Translations under genes and position numbers: made by a program | Notes under the pieces: generated by a model | What the model was told of the DNA's origin: nothing | What the model saw: the letters and a program-made list of their open reading frames with translations, nothing else | The model's database searches: none | Origin: a virus | Lineage: Duplodnaviria; Caudoviricetes | IMG/VR virus record: IMGVR_UViG_3300027759_000001 | Reading direction: 5' to 3' (one strand) | DNA: 64,000 nucleotides | Part shown: positions 42,344 to 52,464 of the stretch, piece by piece | Numbering within the stretch: position 1 is the first letter of the stretch | Layout of the letters: every line of letters starts with the position of its first letter

Positions 42344-42694
42344 TTATGACATCTTCAACCCGTCTGAAGATAGGATATACCAGTTACCCTGAACAAATTG
42401 AAATTGGACACAAGCCCCCTTTTCTAACAATAGTTCATCCCACTCCTCATCAATTTTTCCTGTGTTAGGTTTAACTAAAACACTAACCAATGATTTTATA
42501 ATAATACGATTGGTGGTTTCAGAGTTTAATAAAATTTCTGACCCACCGATTGTTTTAACAATAATTAAATCCTCACCATTGGTGGTGTGATTCTTTTCTA
42601 ACAAAATTAAATTATTATATTCAGTTTTGTGTTCTATTACAATATTTTGTTTCATTACTGTTTTTCTTATTGGTATTTCTTTAATTATTGGCAT
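42344..42694 (-). CDS. Small beta-rich probable structural protein resembling the N-terminal domain of fibre 2
   Basis: IIIKS...V......KIDE.....L......V......GNWYI compared with FVIKNS...I......TIDG....L......TV..DGSNWDI. Confidence 0.5.
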   Translation of the reverse strand: MPIIKEIPIRKTVMKQNIVIEHKTEYNNLILLEKNHTTNGEDLIIVKTIGGSEILLNSETTNRIIIKSLVSVLVKPNTGKIDEEWDELLLEKGACVQFQFVQGNWYILSSDGLKMS

Positions 42695-42695
42695 A

Positions 42696-43820
42696 TTAAA
42701 TAACGTAAATTTGTCTTGGAAACGCTCTAAATTTCATTGCCTTATTTAAGTTTTCGGCAATTAACGCTTCACGTTCCATTACCTTTTCAGGTTTTAATCT
42801 TGTTAGACGACCTTCGGCACCAATTAATTCATCAATTAATTTTGTTTTTTCATCTTTTGCCTCAGTTGCTAATGCCGCATAATCCATAGTTAAATCACCA
42901 TCAGGGGATTTAAGGTTACCACTGAATTTACCTCTTACTCTTGCCAATGTTTCTTTACAATAAGCAATAAACCATCTTCTAACCCAAACTTGAGCTGGAT
43001 TATTAAGATCCAACCAACTAATTTTATCGTATGGTACATCAGAAGGTAATTTAATAATATCAGGATTGTTTTTTAAACATTCGTCCCTATCTTCAGGACC
43101 AACATCATAATACCAATACCAAACTCTACCTTTCATCATTGTGGAATTACCAAAGTCAAATTTACCACCAGGAGTGTTCATTAAGTGAACTGCTTTCTTA
43201 CCTCCCGGTAATGCGGTTACCCTATAAGTTAAATCTCCCGAAATAATTCTTTTCTGAATGTTGATCTCTTGCATTCTTAATAACATATCAAATGCTGGCA
43301 TCATAAAATAACTTCCTGCCATGTTACCCATTTGTGCAAATCCACCTGCTCCACCAATACCACCACCAAATTCTCCGAATCCAAATCCTGCCCCAAACAT
43401 TGAATTATTTAAAGTTGCCGGTGTAAACCATAACAATTCATTAAGTTCTCTGTTTTCAGGAATTTCGTATATTTGTTGGTTATGAACTAATTGTATAAAA
43501 TCTTTTTTCAATACTGAATCACCACCCGCTTGTAGACCTACAATTTTAGAATAAGCATAAGTGTATCGTGTTTCGTAATCTAAACTTCTTGTTGTAAACG
43601 CTTTTGATAATGATTGAGTGTCCATGTTTAAGTTATACAAATTAGTCCACTGAGATTCAGTTAACCAATCTTGGACGTATTGTGAATATTCGTCAATAGA
43701 AAATTCAAGAAGAGTGTCCATTTGTTCCTCTTCCAATTCTACACTTCTAAGTGGAGCGCCTAAAACGTGTTTTACTTTTTTGTATAGGTCACTTCTTTCT
43801 GGTTCGTTAATTATTGACAT
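42696..43820 (-). CDS. Neck/adaptor protein (T4 gp13-like)
   Basis: LGAP...VEL...Q.D..LE.S..EY.Q and WVRRW..A..KE.L..VRGKF.G....PDG....D...L..EA..E...L..EL. Confidence 0.75.
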   Translation of the reverse strand: MSIINEPERSDLYKKVKHVLGAPLRSVELEEEQMDTLLEFSIDEYSQYVQDWLTESQWTNLYNLNMDTQSLSKAFTTRSLDYETRYTYAYSKIVGLQAGGDSVLKKDFIQLVHNQQIYEIPENRELNELLWFTPATLNNSMFGAGFGFGEFGGGIGGAGGFAQMGNMAGSYFMMPAFDMLLRMQEINIQKRIISGDLTYRVTALPGGKKAVHLMNTPGGKFDFGNSTMMKGRVWYWYYDVGPEDRDECLKNNPDIIKLPSDVPYDKISWLDLNNPAQVWVRRWFIAYCKETLARVRGKFSGNLKSPDGDLTMDYAALATEAKDEKTKLIDELIGAEGRLTRLKPEKVMEREALIAENLNKAMKFRAFPRQIYVI

Positions 43821-43845
43821 ATGAGTTTTATTTATAAATATCTTA

Positions 43846-44934
43846 TTATTTTGTTCTTAACAAATATAATTCGTTAACAAATTCCCAATTAACGTGATTC
43901 CAAAAATTATTTATATATTCGTCACGTTTATTACGATATTTTAGATAGTATGCGTGTTCCCACACATCAAGTCCTAATAGTGGATACCCACCATCTTTGA
44001 CTACATTCATTAATGGATTATCTTGATTAGATGTGGAAATAATTTTTAATCTATTATTTTTAGTTAAAATTAACCAAGCCCACCCTGATCCAAATCTATC
44101 TTTAGCAACCTGATTAAATTCATCTTTTAATTTTTTAATATTTCCGTATTGTTTTGTAATTTTTTCAAATACTTCACCACTTGGTTTTTGTTTGGTTGGA
44201 CTTAACATTTTCCAAAATAAAGCGTGATTAAAGGCACCACCAGCATTATTTCTAACTTTAGTATCATACTTACTAATATTTTTGATTATGTCTTCTAATT
44301 CAACATCACCTTTTTTATTTGATAACGCATCATTTAATTTCTTAACATAACCTTTATAATGTTTGTTGTAATGGATATCCATAGTTTCAGGATCTACAAA
44401 TTGTTTCATTGATGAATATGAATATGGTAATTTTTCAATACCAATTTTTTTCATTTCCATTATAAAATCTTTTTTGATATTTTGTTTTTCTGAAATTAAA
44501 ATTTGTTCATTAATAAGATTAATTTTATTGTTAATCCCTTTAAACCCTTCAAAAACATATTCATTAAATTGTGGGTATTCTTCTTCAAACATTTTAATTA
44601 GTCGGCCACCATATGCATTTGCTTCATCTTCATTCTGACCACCAATGTTTGGACCTTGTTCTCTTTTAAGAACATTTATTTGGTAAGCATGAACCCACTC
44701 ATGAGCTAATGTTCTCATTATATCACGATTTAATCTACCATCAGTTAATACTTTAATTCCATTTTTTGGGTGTTGACTACCTGTAGACATTCCACCTATT
44801 TTTTTACCCACAAATTGAATAGTGATATCCTCCTTTAATTGATAATTCTTTTGTAAGAATTTAATAAAGGTGTGAATTAACTCGTTATACTTTGAATCAA
44901 GTCCTGAATTTATACGTTTGATGCTTACTTTCAT
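43846..44934 (-). CDS. sodA: HExxH metallopeptidase-like domain fused to Mn/Fe superoxide dismutase (Mn-type signature)
   Basis: LPY.Y....., H..KH..Y, NAGG..NH, FGSGWAWL, NQDNP, DVWEHAYY; N-terminal LAHEWVH...EDEANA. Confidence 0.85.
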   Translation of the reverse strand: MKVSIKRINSGLDSKYNELIHTFIKFLQKNYQLKEDITIQFVGKKIGGMSTGSQHPKNGIKVLTDGRLNRDIMRTLAHEWVHAYQINVLKREQGPNIGGQNEDEANAYGGRLIKMFEEEYPQFNEYVFEGFKGINNKINLINEQILISEKQNIKKDFIMEMKKIGIEKLPYSYSSMKQFVDPETMDIHYNKHYKGYVKKLNDALSNKKGDVELEDIIKNISKYDTKVRNNAGGAFNHALFWKMLSPTKQKPSGEVFEKITKQYGNIKKLKDEFNQVAKDRFGSGWAWLILTKNNRLKIISTSNQDNPLMNVVKDGGYPLLGLDVWEHAYYLKYRNKRDEYINNFWNHVNWEFVNELYLLRTK

Positions 44935-44965
44935 TAATGATAAATATTATCAATAACAAAAAGAT

Positions 44966-46735
44966 TTATCTTCTCTTGTTAATTAAACCAAGGATTTCCT
45001 CAACAACATCACCAACGTTTTCAGGTTGTTGATCACCCATAACGGTTCTAATGATTTCTTTTTTACGATTTAGTATGTCATATACCGCACCTTCTATTGT
45101 ATTTTCATACAATGGGTAATAAACAAGTACGTTTGATTTTTGACCATAACGATACGCTCTATCTTCAGCCTGAGCGTGTTCAGCGGGAACAAATGATAGG
45201 TCATTCATAATAACAACCTCAGCGGCAGTTAAAGTTAAACCAACACCAGCAGCTTTTAAATTCCCCACAAATACTTTAATCTTATCGTTCTCTTGAAACT
45301 CATCAACTGCGTTTTGACGATGAGGTTTGGAACAACTACCGTCTAAATAAACTGCTTGTTTACCAAAGTGTTGGTAAATTGTTTGTAAGGTATCTGTAAA
45401 ATTAGTAAAGATTATAACTTTCTTACCTTGTTCAATGATGTTTTCAGCAAATTCAATTGTCTGTTTTGTTTTTTCATTTGCAATAACCTTCCTTACTTTC
45501 ATCAATTTTGAGAACTGAACGGTAAGGGAAGAGGATTCGTCTTTTTTATTATCAAACCAATCATAGTATTCACCCATCAGTTCTTCATACTCTTTTGATT
45601 TCAAACGAAGATATACAGGAGAAATAATTTTATCGGGAAGATCTAACACATCTTCTTTTAACCTACGAAGAATTTGTTTTGAAGTTCTATCTCTTAACTC
45701 TTCCAAATTAGATGCCCCCGTTACGTTCCAAACTTTTCTTCTACCCGCCATAAATTGGTAACCCTGACAATAACGAATAGCGTAAGCCATCCAATTTTGT
45801 GCAACAGGTGATTCAATAATATTCAGTAAGTTATAGTAGTTCATTGGACGAGAAGTCATTGGAGTTCCCGTTAATAACCAAACTCTTTTAATATCCTTAA
45901 CAAAATGATTTATGATTTTTGTTCGTTGAGCTTGGGGATTTGAAATCATATGTGCCTCATCTAAAATAACAAGATCAAAGTTTGATTGATTTAATATTGA
46001 TCCATTTTTCTTTTTTGGATCAGTATCGTGGAAATTTTTTAGGATATCATAATTAACGATAACAAAATCAGATTCAGTTGAAAATTTCTTTCCTTCTGCA
46101 ATATAAACAGGTCTATCTGAATAATTTTCAATTTCACGTTGCCAGTTAATCTTTAATGATGCAGGACAAATAATCAATATTTTCTTTGATCCTGTCTCTA
46201 AAGCGGCAATAATTGTTGCGGTTGTTTTACCAAGACCCATATCATCAGCAAGAATGAATCGTCTTGATCCTGCCAACTTTTCTACCGCTTCTTTTTGATG
46301 TTCCAATGGAGGTCGGTGATCATATTTAGAATAATCTACCTCAACTTTTTCAACATTGTGAGTTTTTATTAATGAAGATTTAGGAACCCAAAATTCTGTT
46401 AAAGGATCCTTTTCAAAGAACTTACCCCAAATATGATATGATTTTTCTTTCTCAACTAATAATTTCTCAATGTAAATTTTTTCAGGAGTTTCCATCAAAT
46501 ATCTTTCTTCGGCAAACTTCTTTGCAAAATATGTATCAAGATCAACCCACTTACGAGCAACCTTAGGAACCGTATCAAAATAATTTATAATGTAATCTGA
46601 TTGAGTTCTTGTTGGGTAAAACTTTTTACTAGTTTCTTTTTTTGTTTTTAGATACAATATATGATTGTTGGCACCCGAATACGAGTCCAATAAGGACAAA
46701 GCTTTATGCTCTATTAGTGATGGGGCAACTTCCAA
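44966..46735 (-). CDS. SNF2-family (SF2) helicase/ATPase
   Basis: ILADDMGLGKT, DEAH, LTGTP, AAGVGLTL, QAEDRAYRYGQ. Start moved to TTG 46735 to avoid overlap with the divergent gene. Confidence 0.9.
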   Translation of the reverse strand: MEVAPSLIEHKALSLLDSYSGANNHILYLKTKKETSKKFYPTRTQSDYIINYFDTVPKVARKWVDLDTYFAKKFAEERYLMETPEKIYIEKLLVEKEKSYHIWGKFFEKDPLTEFWVPKSSLIKTHNVEKVEVDYSKYDHRPPLEHQKEAVEKLAGSRRFILADDMGLGKTTATIIAALETGSKKILIICPASLKINWQREIENYSDRPVYIAEGKKFSTESDFVIVNYDILKNFHDTDPKKKNGSILNQSNFDLVILDEAHMISNPQAQRTKIINHFVKDIKRVWLLTGTPMTSRPMNYYNLLNIIESPVAQNWMAYAIRYCQGYQFMAGRRKVWNVTGASNLEELRDRTSKQILRRLKEDVLDLPDKIISPVYLRLKSKEYEELMGEYYDWFDNKKDESSSLTVQFSKLMKVRKVIANEKTKQTIEFAENIIEQGKKVIIFTNFTDTLQTIYQHFGKQAVYLDGSCSKPHRQNAVDEFQENDKIKVFVGNLKAAGVGLTLTAAEVVIMNDLSFVPAEHAQAEDRAYRYGQKSNVLVYYPLYENTIEGAVYDILNRKKEIIRTVMGDQQPENVGDVVEEILGLINKRR

Positions 46736-46793
46736 AATTTTGTTTTTTATAAAAATAACAATAAAAAAGATATTTATCAATAAATACGACAAA

Positions 46794-47306
46794 ATGGCGA
46801 ATAGAGTTCCTATAACAAGACTAGGTAAATTTTTTGGTGATAACGATTTTAACCTTGAGGTTGAGATGGGTCAAGAGTGGTTGGTTGGTGATATGAATTT
46901 CACTTGTGTACTTTATAGAGTTGATAAAGTAAAAACCAAAATTGATGATGTGTATGGTGAAACGGTTAAGGACGGTGTTAAATTTTTACCCCCTGTTGAG
47001 TTCAACGCATATATTGCAATTGCTGCACCTGAAAATAAATTCTTGGGTTCCACAAAAATGGATCAACTTGAGCCTGGTAATATTACAATGTCGGTTTATT
47101 TAAAAACTTTAGAAGATTTAGAAATTGATATTCAGTTTGGTGATTATGTTGGTTATTACGATACGGAAAGTTTTGTGAGATACTATACCGTGGTTAATGA
47201 TGGTCGTGTCACTTCAGATATAAAACATACTTATAAAGGATATAAACCTTTTTATAGGACAATAATTGGATCACCTGTCGGACCAAACGAATTTAGAGGA
47301 TTATGA
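46794..47306 (+). CDS. Head-closure/neck protein (T4 gp14-like)
   Basis: Start at ATG 46794 (MANRVP), 16 nt after a TATTTAT motif. DDVYGE....KF..PVE pattern; lies upstream of the gp15-like gene. Confidence 0.65.
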   Translation: MANRVPITRLGKFFGDNDFNLEVEMGQEWLVGDMNFTCVLYRVDKVKTKIDDVYGETVKDGVKFLPPVEFNAYIAIAAPENKFLGSTKMDQLEPGNITMSVYLKTLEDLEIDIQFGDYVGYYDTESFVRYYTVVNDGRVTSDIKHTYKGYKPFYRTIIGSPVGPNEFRGL

Positions 47307-47728
47307 AAATAATAGCTGATGAAAAAGAAGGGTTGTTAAAAAATAAAATTAACAATTTAATTGGTAAAAAAGTAATGTGTTATTATGACTTACATAGACA
47401 CACATTTTCGGTAACCCATAAAGGACTTCTTATGTTAAAGGCTGACTATTTAAAATTAAATGATGTTGAGTTTAGAGTAAGACAAGGTGGAAAACAAAAA
47501 GTAAGAGACGAAAAAAGAAAAAATGTTCACGCATTTGTTATTGGTAATTTAGATGATTATTGTGAATTTCCTTGTAGGAATATTCCAGTACCTGAATCAA
47601 ATGATGTGGTTACATACAATCCTTACAAATATGATTCTTTTGTTAATAAAACAACGGAAGAACCAATTTATAAGTCAAATGAAATTGAAATGATTAACAT
47701 TAAAGATAAAATATTTTTAATAAACTAA
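47303..47728 (+). CDS. Conserved phage hypothetical protein
   Basis: YYDLH...FSV...L.DV.F.V.Q.G..KV..EKRKNVHAFV.G motif. Confidence 0.6.
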   Translation: MKIIADEKEGLLKNKINNLIGKKVMCYYDLHRHTFSVTHKGLLMLKADYLKLNDVEFRVRQGGKQKVRDEKRKNVHAFVIGNLDDYCEFPCRNIPVPESNDVVTYNPYKYDSFVNKTTEEPIYKSNEIEMINIKDKIFLIN

Positions 47729-47729
47729 T

Positions 47730-48767
47730 ATGGGGTTACCTAAAAAAATAAAAAAAGACATATCATTAATACCTAAGAAGACACTTCTTCCTAGACGACA
47801 TGAGATTGCCGATATGATTTCGGAAGATGGTACTTATTTACCTAAAAGTTTATTACATGCTGATTTAGATAGGGGGTTTTTAGATTTTGTTAAAGACGGA
47901 CTTAAAACTGTAGTTGAAGGAAAAACGGTACCAATGGTGGATGTTTTAATAACAACACAAAATTGGGCTCAATTTGTTGAGACGTGGAACTTTGAAAATA
48001 TTGATAAGAATGTTGAACCACCATTTATTACGGTAATCAGAACACCTGAAGTTAAGTATGGTAGTAACCCAGCGGTTATGTATAATATCCCAAACAGAAG
48101 ATTATATTACTACGCCAAAGTACCAACTTGGGATGGTCAACGTCATGGAATGGATATTTACAAGATTCCACAACCTGTTCCTGTTGATATAAAATACACC
48201 GTTGCAATTGTTTGTAATAGAATGAGAGAGTTAAATAAATTCAATCAAATTGTATTAGAAAAATTTGCGTCAAGACAATCATATCAAACTATTAAAGGTC
48301 ACTATATTCCAATTGTTAATGATGATATTTCTGATGAGTCAATAATGGATTTGGAAAAGAGAAAAGTATACATTCAAAAATATACTTTCACAATGATGGG
48401 ATTCTTAATTGATGAAGATGAGTTTGAGGTACAACCTGCGGTTACAAGAATATTCCAAATATACGAAACTGAAAGTAAAATTAAAAAAAGAAAACCTAAA
48501 AAAGAAGTTCCTAATTCACCACAAACTGCAACCTTTACATATTCAGATATTAACACAGAAAAGGAGGAAACATTTCATTATACCGTAAATATGCGTTTTA
48601 TGGGTAGTGAAAACGTGGATTCATATTCTGTTTTTATTAATGGTGATTACTATGGTGATGATGTAGTTGTGGTATTAGTTAATAATGGGGATGTAATTAA
48701 AATAACAATTATTAAAGATAATCCTTCTGAACAATCTTCAATAGTATTTAGTGAAGAGTTACTTTAA
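47730..48767 (+). CDS. Tail terminator/sheath stabiliser (T4 gp15-like)
   Basis: P.ITVIR, PVPVDIKY.V.I....M..LN, and position between neck and sheath genes. Confidence 0.65.
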   Translation: MGLPKKIKKDISLIPKKTLLPRRHEIADMISEDGTYLPKSLLHADLDRGFLDFVKDGLKTVVEGKTVPMVDVLITTQNWAQFVETWNFENIDKNVEPPFITVIRTPEVKYGSNPAVMYNIPNRRLYYYAKVPTWDGQRHGMDIYKIPQPVPVDIKYTVAIVCNRMRELNKFNQIVLEKFASRQSYQTIKGHYIPIVNDDISDESIMDLEKRKVYIQKYTFTMMGFLIDEDEFEVQPAVTRIFQIYETESKIKKRKPKKEVPNSPQTATFTYSDINTEKEETFHYTVNMRFMGSENVDSYSVFINGDYYGDDVVVVLVNNGDVIKITIIKDNPSEQSSIVFSEELL

Positions 48768-48928
48768 TCCTCCCCGTAGATATCTTTTTTTTCCTTACAT
48801 TTTTCAAAAATAAGGTTCTCCAAAAACCTATACATTTTAATACCACGTTTATCGCAATACTTCTTTAGGGTCTCGTGTGATTCAACCGAAATCTTCAGGT
48901 TTTTTATCTTCTTAGTATCTTTATCCAT
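48764..48928 (-). CDS. Ribbon-helix-helix-like small DNA-binding protein (54 aa), absent from the ORF track
   Basis: MDKDTKKIKNLKISVESHETLKKYCDKRGIKMYRFLENLIFEKCKEKKDIYGED; strand-helix-G-helix pattern; TATTTATA on the minus strand 36 nt upstream. Confidence 0.6.
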   Translation of the reverse strand: MDKDTKKIKNLKISVESHETLKKYCDKRGIKMYRFLENLIFEKCKEKKDIYGED

Positions 48929-49008
48929 AGGGCAGAAAAAAGGCAGAATAAAATCTTACCAAAATATAAATACTTTCTAATAAGTAAAGTTTTTCCTCAA
49001 ATTATCAA

Positions 49009-49015
49009 TATTTAT
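49009..49015 (+). promoter_or_regulatory. TATTTAT motif, candidate late promoter of the sheath gene
   Basis: 37 nt upstream of ATG 49053, followed by an A-rich leader without a Shine-Dalgarno sequence. Confidence 0.45.
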
Positions 49016-49052
49016 ATAATAAATAAAATTAAAACCAAAAATAAACTAAATT

Positions 49053-52000
49053 ATGGCAACTAACGGTAAAGTATTCGTATCACCTGGTGTTTATACTTCT
49101 GAAGTGGATTTAAGTTTTGTGGCACAAAGTGTGGGAGTTACCACATTGGGTATTGCAGGTGAAACTTTAAAAGGTCCAGCTTTTGAACCGATATTCATCA
49201 AAAACTATGAGGAATTTCAAACTTACTTCGGAGGAACATCCGCAGAAAAATTCATAAACACACAGATCCCTAAGTATGAGGCCGCTTACATAGCAAAATC
49301 ATATTTACAACAATCTAATCAATTATTTGTAACAAGAGTTTTAGGACTTTCTGGTTATGATGCAGGACCATCTTGGTCTATTGTAACTAAAGCAAATGTT
49401 GATCCAACTACCATTGACTTTTATTGTGATACACCACAAATAGTTGATTGTTTACCTTATTGTGATCCTGCAGATTATAAGATTATACCTTATGTTGTAG
49501 AATTTACGGGGTGTTCAAACTCACAAACAACTATTAGTTATACAACTAATTTCCCTGCTGAGATTGAAACTATATTAACTACTCAGTTTGAACAATTTAA
49601 TGGAGATGTATCAACATTAGAAACTCAAATCAATACTATGATTTTTGATGTACTTACTGATGCTAACCCATTTACTGCACAAACTAACACAATAGATTAT
49701 TTCGGAACAATTTATGGTCCTGATTATGATGCGTTATCAACAGTTTTCGTAAATGAAACTAATGTTTATGGTGTACCTTCAGTATCAAGTACTGAAACTA
49801 ATTATGAATCACCATATAATGACCCTTGGTATTATTCATTATTTACAAATAATGGTAATAATAGTTATTCAGGATTCTCATTCTTTGCATATGTTGATGA
49901 TTTGACTTTAATACCGGTAACTACAACAACAACAATTCCATTTACACCGACACCAACACCGTCGGCAGTTAATCCATGTGCTACGGCAACGCCAGCATTA
50001 TCACCTACACCTACACCAACCGCAGTTAATACTAATTGTTATACAGGTACAATTAATGGATCGGTTTATTATTATACAGGTACATCATATACTAACTTTG
50101 ATGATTTAGTTGTTGGTACATTAAGATCAAGAGGTATTGCAACATACGCAGATTCAACAAACCCATTGTTTGAAGTGACAAATATTAATAATGTAAATTT
50201 AAATATGTCAGGACAATATGTGGGAGTTCTTAAAAATCCATATTTACCATTCGTTGTTAATGTAACAAATGATGATGGAACTGCATTCTCTTTTGAGACA
50301 TCATTTGCAACTTCAGATTCTCAGTACATTTCTAAAGTATTTGGATCAACTAACTTCCAAAAACCAAGAAAGAATGTTCCTTTATTCTTAGAGGAAAAAT
50401 TCCAAGCTTTATTAAACTATGGATGGAACAAAGGTTTCATTAGAGGTTTGAGTTCAAACTTAATTGAATTAGATTCCGCACAAAGTGGACAACAAGATAG
50501 TATTGGATGGTACTTAGATAGATACCAATCACCAAGTACCCCTTGGATTGTATCTGAATTAAGAGGTACTAAAGTATTTAACTTGTTCAAGTTCTACTCA
50601 ATTTCTGATGGTAACTCAGCAAACTCTGAAATTAAAGTTTCAATTATCAATATGTCATTCTCCAATGGAACATTTGATGTAATTGTAAGAGATTTCTACG
50701 ATTCAGATGCCAACCCTACAGTTTTAGAGAAATTTACAAATTGTAGTATGGATTTAAATCAAAATAATTTCATCGGTAAAAAAATAGGTTCATTAGACGG
50801 AGAATATGCGTTGAACTCTAAATTTGTAATGGTTGAAATGAATGAGGACGCACCTATTGATTCATTACCTTGTGGTTTTGATGGATATACATTTAGAGAA
50901 TATGCTGATGTAACACCTCCATTCCCTGTTTATAAAACTAAATATGATTACCCTGGTGAAATTATTTATAATCCACCTTTCGGTTTTACAAGTGGTAACG
51001 ATGATTCAATCAGATCAAATGGTGATAACGTTAGAAGAACTTATTTAGGTTTCTCTAATAACATCGGATTTGACACAGACTTCTTCCAATACAAAGGAAA
51101 AAGAGCTCCAATTGATTTATGTAATGTTGATGGAGTTGAGTGGTCATACCAAACAAGAGGATTCCACATGGATAAAGATGCTAGTGTTATTGTAATAGGA
51201 CCAGCATTTGCAACAAGTGGAACACCTAAATACTATGTTGGTGATGCTACATTCCAACAAGAACCTACAAGTGAAACAAGTCCATATTACAGAATTTACT
51301 CAAGAAAATTCACAACAATGTTCTATGGTGGTTTTGACGGATGGGATATCTATAGAGAATACAGAACAAATTCAGACAGATTTGTACTTGGTAGAAATGG
51401 ATTCTTGAACGGAGCTTGTCCTTCACCAAGATATCCATTAGCAACAGGATGGGGAGCATTTAAACAAATCTCTATCGGTGATGGAACACAAAGTTTCGCA
51501 AATACTGACTACTACGCTTACTTATTAGGAATCCAAACATTCTCTAATCCTGAGGCGGTTAACATCAATGTATTTGTATCCCCAGGTATTGACTACGTAA
51601 ACAATAGTGACTTAGTTGAAGCTACAATTGATATGATTGAAAACGACAGAGCTGACTCATTGTATATTGCAACAACACCTGACTACAATATGTTCTTACC
51701 TACTACTACAGGTGGTGATGGATTGATCTACCCACAACAAGCGGTTGACGACTTAGAACAAACAGGAATTGACTCTAACTACACGGCAACTTATTACCCT
51801 TGGGTATTAACTCGTGATAGTGTGAACAATACTCAAATCTACATCCCAGCAACGGCTGAGGTAACAAGAAACTTGGCATTGACCGACAACATTGCATTCC
51901 CTTGGTTCGCAGCGGCAGGTTACACAAGAGGTATTGTAAACTCAATCAAAGCACGTAAGAAGTTGACTCAAGAAGATAGAGATACTCTTTACCAAGGAAG

Positions 52001-52394
52001 AATCAACCCAATTGCAACCTTCTCTGATGTTGGTACAGTAATTTGGGGTAACAAGACTCTTCAAGTTAGAGAATCTGCTCTTGATAGAATTAACGTGAGA
52101 AGATTATTATTACAAGCTCGTAAATTGATATCTGCAGTTTCTGTGAGATTGTTATTTGACCAAAACGACGAACAAGTAAGACAAGACTTCTTAAATGCGG
52201 TTAATCCAATCTTAGATGCAATCAGAAGAGACAGAGGTTTATACGACTTTAGAGTTACGGTTTCAAGTGACACTGAAGACTTAGACAGAAATCAAATGGT
52301 AGGTAAAATCTATATCAAACCAACTCGTTCTTTAGAGTTCATAGATATAACATTCTACATCACTCCAACAGGAGCATCGTTTGACAATATCTAA
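49053..52394 (+). CDS. Contractile tail sheath protein (1113 aa) with a large insertion
   Basis: SPGVYTSE.D, G..LKGP.F.P, WFA.AG..RG, RD.LY..RINPI, WG.KTL, LDRINVRRLL, IKPTRSLEFI. Confidence 0.95.
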   Translation: MATNGKVFVSPGVYTSEVDLSFVAQSVGVTTLGIAGETLKGPAFEPIFIKNYEEFQTYFGGTSAEKFINTQIPKYEAAYIAKSYLQQSNQLFVTRVLGLSGYDAGPSWSIVTKANVDPTTIDFYCDTPQIVDCLPYCDPADYKIIPYVVEFTGCSNSQTTISYTTNFPAEIETILTTQFEQFNGDVSTLETQINTMIFDVLTDANPFTAQTNTIDYFGTIYGPDYDALSTVFVNETNVYGVPSVSSTETNYESPYNDPWYYSLFTNNGNNSYSGFSFFAYVDDLTLIPVTTTTTIPFTPTPTPSAVNPCATATPALSPTPTPTAVNTNCYTGTINGSVYYYTGTSYTNFDDLVVGTLRSRGIATYADSTNPLFEVTNINNVNLNMSGQYVGVLKNPYLPFVVNVTNDDGTAFSFETSFATSDSQYISKVFGSTNFQKPRKNVPLFLEEKFQALLNYGWNKGFIRGLSSNLIELDSAQSGQQDSIGWYLDRYQSPSTPWIVSELRGTKVFNLFKFYSISDGNSANSEIKVSIINMSFSNGTFDVIVRDFYDSDANPTVLEKFTNCSMDLNQNNFIGKKIGSLDGEYALNSKFVMVEMNEDAPIDSLPCGFDGYTFREYADVTPPFPVYKTKYDYPGEIIYNPPFGFTSGNDDSIRSNGDNVRRTYLGFSNNIGFDTDFFQYKGKRAPIDLCNVDGVEWSYQTRGFHMDKDASVIVIGPAFATSGTPKYYVGDATFQQEPTSETSPYYRIYSRKFTTMFYGGFDGWDIYREYRTNSDRFVLGRNGFLNGACPSPRYPLATGWGAFKQISIGDGTQSFANTDYYAYLLGIQTFSNPEAVNINVFVSPGIDYVNNSDLVEATIDMIENDRADSLYIATTPDYNMFLPTTTGGDGLIYPQQAVDDLEQTGIDSNYTATYYPWVLTRDSVNNTQIYIPATAEVTRNLALTDNIAFPWFAAAGYTRGIVNSIKARKKLTQEDRDTLYQGRINPIATFSDVGTVIWGNKTLQVRESALDRINVRRLLLQARKLISAVSVRLLFDQNDEQVRQDFLNAVNPILDAIRRDRGLYDFRVTVSSDTEDLDRNQMVGKIYIKPTRSLEFIDITFYITPTGASFDNI

Positions 52395-52414
52395 TCAGAC
52401 AAATAAATTAAAGG

Positions 52415-52445
52415 AAAAGGGGAATTCGTTCCCCTTTTTTTATTT
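52415..52445 (+). terminator. Intrinsic terminator after the sheath gene
   Basis: AAAAGGGGAA-TTCG-TTCCCCTTTT followed by TTTATTT. Confidence 0.85.
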
Positions 52446-52464
52446 TCCTAATATTTATTAGTGT

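Noticed and set aside
46665-46792. Extended overlapping N-termini of the divergent helicase and gp14-like ORFs
   Set aside because: The extensions translate AT-rich intergenic DNA; ATG 46794 and TTG 46735 fit better.
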